Assembly (NCBI RefSeq): GCF_024521635.1
Contig: NW_026250413.1
Location: 372,001-436,000 of the forward strand
Length of the DNA stretch: 64,000 nucleotides
Reading direction: 5' to 3'
From: Tricharina praecox
Taxonomy: Eukaryota
The position numbers were made by a program, and so were the translations under genes. Within the stretch, counting starts at the first letter, position 1. Every line of letters starts with the position of its first letter. The notes under the pieces were generated by a model. The model was given only the letters and a program-made list of their open reading frames with translations, had not been told where the DNA came from and did no database searches. Below, piece after piece: positions 40,530-49,643 of this stretch.

Positions 40530-41160
40530 TTGTCCGCCCCATGGGCCATGGGACAGGGACCCACACCGCAGCAGACGCCACAGAACGTGGTACAACGGCT
40601 CGGTGGTCCGTCACCTTCCCCGGCCTCGGTCCTAGTGCAGAACAGAGCACCTCAGCCGATGGCGAACGACTTGATACGGACTGCTCAGCAGTACGAGAAC
40701 CAACAGGCGGCGGCGGGGTCCCTTGTCAACGGTGGCGTGGAAGTGTTTCCCGTATTGAATCGGGCCCCGACCGCCACGTTCACCCCTGCGCAGCAGTGCC
40801 AGTTGGAACAGCAACGGCGCCATGCTATGTTACAGAACGAGCGGATGGGCCAAGCCTGTGCGCACGCGAGCAAGTTCCCGCCGAACGGCTCGCCGCCTCA
40901 GCCCCCGCTTGCGGCTCTCAACCGACCGATACCACGCCCCAACCCGCGGTGCCGCGTTCCCACCACCGACAACGCAGCCGGGTGGCGCCACAGCACAGCA
41001 ACCGGCAGCTCAGCGGCAATTTGTCAGCCTGACCCCGGAAACGCTAAGAAATTTCCCTCCGCATGTAGTTGAGAAGATCAGACGTCTCCCCCCCGGAGCA
41101 GTTGAGGAATTTCTTGGATAAGTTTGAGCGTCACCAAGCGCAACAGAGGTAGCAACAACC
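40530..41160 (+). pseudogene. Unidentified Q/P-rich coding fragment inserted in unit 6
   Basis: Open 180-codon frame (MGQGPTPQQTPQNVVQRLGGPSPSPAS...) followed by a frameshifted continuation (FVSLTPETLRNFPPHVVEKIRRLPPGAVEEFL). It is unique in the window and bounded by cassette repeats. Confidence 0.5.
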
Positions 41161-41470
41161 TGCTTTGCCAGTCGTTGGCCAAGAACATGGTTAGTACTCT
41201 ACCCGGTAATCCTGCGGGATTTCTATGCGCTTCTAGTTTGTTCGAGTATGCTAACATGATGATGAGAGTCGACACGCCGATAGAGACTAGGATAAAGAAT
41301 ATCCTCAAGGCTCTAATGAAGTTGAAAGACGAGGAGACGATGCAGGGTCAATACGGTGAGCGTGTAGACGCCTTCGCCGAATCCGCCGAGGAGAAGAAAC
41401 GATTCTTCCATCCTCGGCGGATTCTCCGAGGAGTAGGAGAAGAAGCACATCGACTCTCGGATCAAGATCC

Positions 41471-41790
41471 ACGGGTAATAATGCGCTGGGAAATACCACT
41501 CCAATGGAGGTGGACACACCCGTCACTGGTTCATGTATGCCTTTCGCTACCCTTAATTCTTATTTATCCGCAAGAACTGACTGATATCACTAGCCATCAA
41601 CCAAGCTAATCCGGAGATGCTTGCGGATGACAACCACGGCGAATACTTACAAGCTGCCGATCAACAATTTCAACGCCGGCTACTTGCTCAAGACCATCTA
41701 CCAGCGCATCATCAATTTTGAACGACAAGGGCCAAGGCCCCAACAAACAATGGCTCAGGAATTGGTCGATTGCACCACTACCCACCCACC
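41471..41790 (+). pseudogene. Unidentified intron-containing coding fragment in unit 6
   Basis: RVIMRWEIPLQWRWTHPSLVH-[GTATGC 41535..CTGAC..TAG 41593]-PSTKLIRRCLRMTTTANTYKLPINNFNAGYLLKTIYQRIINFERQ reads through in frame. Confidence 0.55.
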
Positions 41791-42129
41791 TAGAAGCATC
41801 GATGCGCCGCGGCGCACGATACCTTCGTTAGATTCTCCGTTCGGAGCACTACCAGCACCTCAGGGCCAGATTGGTTGCCGCCCTTTGCTGGCGGCAACTC
41901 GATAGGGACGCAGCATCCCCGCTGCCCCGCAGAATAAGTACGAGTCAGCGACTGTCTTTTGGGCCATGTGGGCTGGCGTTGCGTCCCCTCGCCAGACTGC
42001 CAGGCTGCTGTGGCTCTCCCATAATTTGGGGAGCTCGAGGCGAGCTGCGGACCGTGGTCCGTGGTTCGGAGGAGAAGCAGCAGCACATATGTGCTGTCTG
42101 TCGTCCGATTCCCGTCTTCCTTGATATTT

Positions 42130-42500
42130 TCTTTCCGTTTTTGCTTTCTGTTTTTGCTTTCTGTCTTTGCTTTTCTGTTATTGCTTTCTGTTTTTGCTTT
42201 CTGTTTTTGTTTTCTGTTTTTGCTGCGTGTTTCTGTTCCTGTTTCTGTTCATCTGTTTTTGTTTTCTGTTTTTGTTTTCTGTTGTTTCTGTCTTCGTGTC
42301 TATCGGGTTGAGTGGAGAGGGTTTAGTTGAAAGGTTCTGGCAGAGAGGGTCTGGCGGGGAGAGTTGGGTGGAGAGTGTCGAGCGGACGGTTGAGAAGGCC
42401 AGCGACAAGATGACTGACAAGTCGGTTGAGAAGGCGGTTCACCGGGATGTCGAGCGGGCGGTTGAGCGGGAGATTAAGCGGAGAGTTTTGGTGGAGGAAG
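42130..42500. repeat. (TTTTGCTTTCTG)n minisatellite followed by 12-bp period GTTGAGCGGGCG repeats; also at about 45835-45980 and 46975-47300
   Basis: Seen directly; part of the 3' region of units 6 and 7. Confidence 0.85.
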
Positions 42501-42918
42501 ATAACTAGTACTGTACCCACTTGTATTGCTTTTTCCGTCAAAATAGGAACCTATCTCGCCCACTTTGGCTGCCCTGGCTGAACAGACAGTTCTGCCAGTT
42601 TTCCCGGGAACAACTGCCAGACATATCCAAACTACCTGGGAACTGACAGCCTCTGTTCCCAACTGAACCGGGAATAAAATCAACCAGAACTGAACTGTTT
42701 AAACCAGTGTTTCCATTTCAACCGACTAACTGTTGGAGGGTGATAGATTCTCTGCCCCTGGGATCAGCTACTTACCTAATCTACCGTATCTATGAGGTAG
42801 GTACTCGTTCATGATTTTTGTTTGTTCGTAGATGGTGACCCTGTTGAGAGAGTGTGCTGTCTAGACAGTTGGTGGCCGCTTCCAGTGCCCGTGCGGTGAC
42901 TGCACAGTTGGCATCATA

Positions 42919-44068
42919 TCCCCTACGTGTCCGGCGTTTGTAAATTTGTTGCACCGCACTAAGTTGGAGAGAGAGAGAGAGATCTTCCTGTTTTATTTCA
43001 CATGCAGCCCATCTAGACTAGGTATGACGAACCCACGAACTCCGTTTCCTGCCCGCCCTGGCCAGTCGAGGTGAAATCCCCGATACCGACCAGTCCGATA
43101 CGGCTCCCCACTTCCCCTGCCCATCTGCCTCGGGCAGACACAAGCAAAAGCAAAAAGTTCATTGACAGTAAAGACCGGTATGGGCCTGCATGCCCGCTCC
43201 TCCTGCTGCCCCTCGCCTCTCTCCCCCGTCTTTCGCTTCCGCTCCACACAACTTATCACCGTGTGTCCTCCTCTCCGACTTCCTCGCATCGGCCGCAGAC
43301 GCAGTACCCTGCTGGGCACTCTTGCTCTGCCCCCAATGCGATGCTCGCCTCCTCCTCATCCTCCTCCTCCCGATCTGGTGGATCTTTTCTCCCCACATCC
43401 GTCGTTCCTAGAAACTCTAGGATTGCCTCGCTGCACCGCTGCAGCGCTCGTCGGCGAACAACTCTGCTATCGAATACCTCTCTTTTCTTCTCTCCGTCTC
43501 CTTCCTAACCTTTGGCGCACTAAGTTGGCCCAATTTGGACCGATGCAGAAAGGTTGGCAACGAGTGATATCAAAAGCATTCGGCGAGTGGACTCTTCCGT
43601 AGAGCAACTTGTGTAAGTTAGTAGAAACAGGCTCTCTACCATTATGTATCTAGCGACATACATTCTCACTTCGCTCCTCCCGAAGCTTTTCCAACTATGA
43701 CAGTGTAGTAGTACCAGTAGAGTCCGTCGCCGGTGTAGTAGTATCCGCCGGTGGCCCGTCTGCAACATGACTGCCTATGTTTGACTCGAGTCTCAGCCCA
43801 ATAACCTCTGTATCAGCGCTGCTGCTCATTTCTTTGGTATTGGCACCGAGGATGTTTGAACTAGCGGTGGTCAGACTGCAGAGGCGGCGACAGCGACAGT
43901 CATGGTACCTAGCAACCGTAACTGGTAGCAATCGTGACTGTACCAGCACAGCTGCAACCAGACTGATCGAAACAGTGAGCTGTGTAGTCGTGTAGACGCA
44001 CTGCCGCCTCCTAATCGGGCATACTTTGTAGTGCAACAAATTTACACACGCCCCGGACATGTAGGGAA
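42919..44068. mobile_element. Non-autonomous Tc1/mariner-type element, 1150 bp, TA target-site duplication
   Basis: TA|TCCCCTACGTGTCCGGCGTTTGTAAATTTGTTGCAC ... GTGCAACAAATTTACACACGCCCCGGACATGTAGGGAA|TA. Removing it restores GCATCATA-GGCCTCTTGG, as in the uninterrupted linker copies at about 32183 and 38811. No transposase is recognised inside. Confidence 0.88.
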
Positions 44069-45050
44069 TAGGCCTCTTGGTAGTAGTTACATCACCCATC
44101 TAAATTTTGTCACTTTTGACCATTCCAGTGGGAGCCGTTTTACCATTTCTCTGCACATCCGTTCGCTCCAGATTCCGTCCGAAACCCGTCCGAAACCCGC
44201 CTGTGTATATTCATATCTAGTCCTGGGGGGCCTGGGGCCTTTAGCCCTTGCCCGAGTATTTGCTTTGTGCTCTTCGTTCATGAAGGCTGTGCAGTCCGGT
44301 GCTTCCGCTTCCGCTTTATCTAGATCTAGATCTAGTATCGCCGTCCTGTGACTGGGCCGATTAGCGCACCATTCGCGTGCCGATCACGCTAACAGCCTAT
44401 CAGCCCCCAGCAGCTCCCTGCCCGGGTTCCTTCCGGAAGGCTGAGGAGTGTGAACTTTGATAGCGAAGCGTCTGCTAGGCTAGCCAGTGGCCGGCTTTAC
44501 TTAGTATAATAGTCCTAATGAGGTAGGTATTCCTAGATATTATAATCTATGGTTGTCCTGGAGGCTGAAGTTGCCGGTTGCTGGTAGACGCCCTGCCTTC
44601 CACCCTAGGGTGTACTGGTGCCTAGTTGCTCGGCGTGTGCGGGGATGCGGAGGATGCGGGCTTAACCCCGTCCGCACCAGGCCGCACCAGGCCGCACCTA
44701 GCCCGCCATTTTCTTATAAATAGCTCCTCTCTCTGCCCTCCCCTCTCTCTCTTTCTCTATCCTCATCATCAACATCAACACCTGACAATCCCCTTGACGG
44801 GCATCCACCTCATATGCGCAGCCGCGCTGCGTTAATCGAGCAGGGGCACCACGTTGCCCTTTGCTAATCATTCGCCAAGAACATGGCATGCACTCTAACT
44901 ACCCGGTAATCGTGTGAAATGTCTATGCGCTTCTATAGACCTAGTTAGAGTATGCTAATATGATGATATGATGCAGGGTCTACACGGTGAGCGTGTAGCT
45001 GCCGTCCAAATCCTCGCGGAATCCGCCGAGGAGGAGGAGAAGAAGCGCAT

Positions 45051-45447
45051 TGCCGGCTCGCTTTTCTCTCTTGCAACTGGCAAATCCCTTCTCTACCAGG
45101 CGGCAACTTCCTACTTCCTCCAGTCCTTCGTAACCCAGACCATTTCGTTGAAGTTGCAAAACTACTTCTACCACCGTCTGATGGCGATAATTCCGGATCC
45201 AACCCATGGCGAAAAGCCGACTACGTTCCAGGGCATCAACAATGACCGGATGTCTATCGACATTGAGATGAATTTTGAGGCAGTAGGACCATCAGCACTC
45301 ACGATCGAGGACACGGCGAACTCCTCGCACGCGGGGGGCTACACAGCCACCATCCCCTTCGACCCAGTGACAGGCGACACCATCACGCCCTCACCCGAGG
45401 TGACGACCGATCCCCTGGAGCTCGAAACCGACAGCGAAGCCTCGCGG
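45051..45447 (+). pseudogene. Unidentified coding fragment inserted in unit 7, in frame with the cassette exon
   Basis: Stop-free stretch of about 130 codons (AGSLFSLATGKSLLYQAATSYFLQSF...DPLELETDSEAS) between two copies of the MMQGLHGERV..EEEKKR repeat. Confidence 0.55.
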
Positions 45448-45643
45448 TGCTTTGCCAGTCGTTGGCCAACAATATGGTTAGTACTCTACCCAGTAATCGT
45501 GCGAGATTTCTATGCAGTTCTAGTTTGTTCGAGTATGCTAACATGATGATGATATGATGCAGGGTCTACACGGTGAGCGTGTAGCTGCCATCCAAATCCT
45601 CGCGGAATCCGCCGAGGAGGAAGAGAAGAAACGATTCTTCCAT

Positions 45644-45704
45644 ACGGCGCGACATGAAATATGGAACCTTCAGGACTGGAATGCAGGCCACGCCTGTCAA
45701 TGGA
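45644..45704 (+). pseudogene. Probable short glycoside hydrolase family 16 fragment
   Basis: RRDMKYGTFRTGMQATPVNG resembles the fungal GH16 segment D(I/M)xYG(S/T)FRxxMxxTxVNGT that precedes the catalytic ExDxE motif. It is only about 20 codons long. Confidence 0.45.
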
Positions 45705-45979
45705 AAGTTTGGGGAGCTCGACGGTCTGGCGCTGGCGAGCGGGACCGAGGCGAGCCGCGGACCGTGGTCCGCGGCTCGGTGGAGGAGCAGCAGCACTGAT
45801 GTGCTGTCTGTCGTCCGATTCCCGTCTTCCTTGCTATTTTTCTTTCTGTTTTTGCTTTCCGTTTTTGCTTTCCGTTTTTGCTTTCTGTTTTGCTTTCTGT
45901 TTTTGCTTTCTGTTTATGCTTTCTGTTTTTGTTTTTGTCTGTCGGGTTGAGTGGATGAGTGGAAGAGGGTTGAGCGGCG

Positions 45980-46350
45980 AGGCATGGTTGCGGGTGGGTG
46001 GAAACTATCCGCAAGACTATCCTGACGCGAAAGTCCGGCAGTTCTTCAGAGGCGTAAGTTGGCTCTAATCTTCCCGCTCCAAACGCCCTGCAAGTTGCAG
46101 CTACTGACAATCGATACAGTGCGGTACGAACACAAAAACAGCCTGAAGGTTGTCAACGAGAAGAATGGAAATTCCGCCACGGCTACTTCCCGAGAGAGAG
46201 TCTACTCCCAGCCACTATCGAGTTTGACGCCAAGGATTCTGTTCTTACGGCCTAGACGACAGCCATGAAGATGATCGACGGTTTCGCATTGAGAGACAAG
46301 TCCGCGCTGGGTCGACTCGGATGCTCTACCTTACCAGAGCTTGGGCCGTT
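45980..46350 (+). pseudogene. Unidentified intron-containing fragment in unit 7
   Basis: Unique sequence with GTAAGT(46054)..CTGAC..CAG(46119), lying between two copies of the GCGAGCGGGACCGAGGCGAGCCG repeat. Confidence 0.45.
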
Positions 46351-46439
46351 TAGCGAGCGGGACCGAGGCGAGCCGCGGACCGTGGTCCGTGTTCCGTGGT
46401 CCGGTGGCAACGCAGCAGCTCATATGTGCTGTCTGTCTT

Positions 46440-46842
46440 CAAAGGCGCAAGATGGCGCCGAGCACTGTCGCCCGACATCGACGTACCGATTGAGCGTCTT
46501 TACGCTCCCTCCCGCGAACGTCTTGTTCCGTTGTCACGAGTTATCTCGTGCACAGCATTACGACCATCTTCCAGAGCGGGACTCGACCAACTACGCAGCG
46601 TTTACACGCCTGGACTGCATACGAGCACGCAGAATGAAGGCGAAGATTATTGCTGGGCGTCCGATTGATCCTGCCGTGTGGGATGAGCGTGCTCTCGGTC
46701 TCGCTCAATTCACTGAAGACGAGCGAGCGGGAGTATTCGGCACAATCTATTGGATAGTCCTATTTTCATAGGAAATGTGGTCCTGGCCCTTGGATGACTG
46801 GTGCGTTCCCGGGCCAGGCTGGCAGTTTGGTAGACCGTCGAG
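46440..46842 (+). pseudogene. Unidentified coding fragment in unit 7
   Basis: Protein-like frame ...RARRMKAKIIAGRPIDPAVWDERALGLAQFTEDERAGVFGTIYWIVLFS*EMWSWPLDDWCVPGPG with a single stop, bounded by cassette repeats. Confidence 0.45.
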
Positions 46843-47620
46843 ATGGCTCTCCCAAAGTTCGAGGAGCTCGACGGTCTGGCCGCTGGCGAGCGGGACCGAA
46901 GCGAGCCGTGGTCCGTGGTCCGGGTTCGGTGGAGGAGCAGCAGCACTTATGTGCTGTCTATCGTTCGGTGGTGTTCTTGCTTTCTTTCCATTTCTTACAT
47001 TCGGTTTTTGCTTTCTGTTTTTGCTGCGTGTTTCTGTTCCTGTTTCTGTTCATCTGTTTTTGCTTTCTGTTTTTGCTTTCTGTTTTTGCTTTCCATTTCT
47101 GCTTTTCTGTCTATCGGGTTGAGTGGAGAGGGTTTAGTTGAAAGGTTCTGGCGGAGAGGGTCTGGTGGGGAGGGTTAGGTGGAGAGTGTTGAGCGGGCGG
47201 TTGAGAAGGCCAGCGACAAGACGATTGACAAGGCGGTTGAGATGGAGTTTGAGCGGGTGGTTGAGCGGGTGGTTGAGCGGAGTGTTTCGGTGGAGGAGGA
47301 TTGACTCGCGGGGACTCGGGGAGGGCTGGACGGAGAGCGGCCAGCGGCCAGTGGTCGGAGACAGCCGGGTGGAAAAGGATATCTACTTATATAATCTGCC
47401 ATGATCTACTACATACATAAGGTCGAATGCAATGATAATTAAACAACAAAAACAAAACAAAAAGTGTGTCGTTGGCAAAACGTTCCGTTGTTCAGGAGAA
47501 TGCTTGGAGGATGCACGAATACCACGAGCGAGGGAGTGGATTTCTGACATGGCTGGGCTTGGTTGAGCTTGGTTACAGGAGGTGGACCGGACGGGACGAC
47601 AACTGGACTATGATAACTAA

Positions 47621-48048
47621 GGACCCGTTTGGATGACCTCAGTTTTAGCGAAAACTGTCAGTTTTTCGAGAAACTGAGCAAATGGAACTGAGACCCCGTT
47701 TGGATAGCACAAAAACCTTAAAAAAAACTGAAACTGTGCGGCTCCAGCGACGAAACTGGTACTGACCTCGAGAGGTCATTTCTTTGCCGCTACTCAGTAT
47801 CGCATTTTAACTTCACGATGGACTCCCTTTACGGGGAAGAGAAAAAAGCGGGGCCACAATGTGTCCACTATTAAAGTTCTGGTGAAGCCTATTATTCAGA
47901 CTTATGGCTGAGTAATCTGAGAACTGCCAAACACTCTGTTCATCTCAGTTCTCCGGAAACTGAAACTGGACAGAATTTGGTGTCCCGTCGGGGAACTGAA
48001 TTTCGCTCTAAAACTGGAAGTGAAAACTGAGGCCATCCAAACGGGCTC
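47621..48048. mobile_element. PIF/Harbinger (Tourist-like) MITE, 428 bp, TAA target-site duplication
   Basis: TAA|GGACCCGTTTGGATGACCTCAGTTTT ... AAAACTGAGGCCATCCAAACGGGCTC|TAA (23/26 TIR match), with subterminal AAACTG repeats. Confidence 0.92.
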
Positions 48049-48698
48049 TAAGTAGTAATGAGTACCTTCATTCATTTCCTCTTTCCTTCTTGCTTCTTCC
48101 TTTAACCTACCATGATCTAGATAATATGTCCGATTAATTCACACGACCGAACAGCTCGGAGGCGGAGTGATATGTTGTGATACTTGTCGACTGCCTACCT
48201 ACGTCAGCACGGTAGTAGTGTCGCTCGCATGGGTATGTAGTTTGAGTCCCGACAGGCCACCCACTGAAAGAATCCTGCGGGAAGACCGATTGGAGCACCT
48301 ACTCTAGTCAAGTGCGCAGATCCGGAGCGTGATCTGGCAGCGAGATATGGGCACGTAACCACAGTGAGTCAACCCAGGAAACTGACTGGACATAGGTATT
48401 CCCGAGTCAAACGGACTCAATGGACTCAATCACAATTATTGACTCGAGATGGGGCGGAGTCGATCGCGGTAATTGACTAAATATCCCCCGGGGTCAATCG
48501 GACTCAATCACAATTGCCGATTCGTACTCGCGGCTGTGTCAGTATCTATTCGGCGCCGTTTTGACTTGACCGAATAGCATGGGCGGAAGGCAGGGAAAGC
48601 CACATCGGGCCGCTCAGTGAAAGCTGGGTTGGACAGTGGCGTGGAAACGTGGGGGGGCGAACGGGGTGATATTGCCATGATCCAGATCTCCCTATCTA

Positions 48699-48878
48699 CT
48701 CGTTCATAAGACACAACCGCTCAACATTCCGAAAGAGCTTGCCAAGTGGCAATGGAAGTCCATTAACCACTTTCGTCGCCATTTAGGTACAGCCCTCTGT
48801 CGCCGCGCTCGTGCCACCCGTTCCCACCCACTAGGCAAGCTCATTCAGAATGTTTAGTAGTTGGATCTTATGAACGAG
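48699..48878. mobile_element. Small TA-flanked MITE-like element, 180 bp
   Basis: TA|CTCGTTCATAAGACACAAC ... GTTGGATCTTATGAACGAG|TA: a 13-bp perfect TIR (17/19 extended). Confidence 0.7.
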
Positions 48879-49643
48879 TAGATACGGTACCTGCCTAGGT
48901 CGCATGCAATTACTGATTAAACAAAAACCAAAATTGACCGAACAGCACTCAGATTATTACCTCTTGGGCAGGTACTTCACGACCTATCTCCCATCGCAGC
49001 AGTACATCATAGCAGACACTCACCAACTCGCCAACACACTCGCCAACCCACCAACACACCATCATGCTCACTCGATACAGCACACTCGATACAGGAGACT
49101 CGGAAAAGGGTTATGTATCATACACACTACATACAACAATCCTCCTCCCCTATCCCACCTCCTCCATCCCACTTCCTCTATCCCCACCGCCACACGCAAA
49201 ACGCAAAACACAAAACGATGCCCGGCAGATCCAAGAACGCACAAGGCACTTGTGCTTGTGCCTGTGCTTGTAATAATATATGCTACTACTATCTTTCCAA
49301 TCCAATCCAATCCAATCCAATTCCATTCCACAATCCAATCCACAATCCAATCCAATCCAATCCAATCTGTATTCCGCATATCATGAACAAATAACCGGAA
49401 CAAACCCCACGAAACCCATAAACTCCTCTTTCAAAAAAAAAAAAAAAAACCACGGACATCAAACACCCCCCGAAAAGCGACAAAGCAAAAAATGAATAAC
49501 GGAAAGCACAAGTATATGCATCGAAGCGGAAACGGAACGGAACAGACTTGAGCTTGAGACACAAACATCGAACGCTTGACTAATGATGAACAATGAACAT
49601 AATAAACAACGAAATCCTACAACTGAACCCCGTCTCCTCTACT

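Larger units (their letters stand above)
27370..48935. repeat. Mosaic tandem array of seven degenerate gene-like cassettes plus interspersed conserved linker modules
   Basis: Units at about 27815-28700, 29142-30350, 30945-31970, 34027-35335, 37225-38610, 39772-42500 and 44590-47460 share promoter-like, intron and terminator-like modules. No long ORF is present. Confidence 0.9.

Noticed and set aside
42061-42330. Phe/Cys/Leu-rich 'membrane protein' ORFs (also about 45654-46068 and 46775-47178)
   Set aside because: They are translations of the (TTTTGCTTTCTG)n minisatellite.
42919-44068. Autonomous transposon
   Set aside because: Only short low-complexity ORFs lie inside; no DDE or HTH motif was seen.
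39772-47460. CRISPR array
   Set aside because: The repeats are 100-250 bp and degenerate, the unique pieces vary from about 60 to 630 bp, the context is eukaryotic and there are no cas genes. The similarity is only an analogy.
27815-47460. Cassettes as solo LTRs or SINE/LINE copies
   Set aside because: No TG...CA ends, PBS/PPT, RT remnants or TSDs were seen. Introns are retained and homology continues beyond the A-rich tract.
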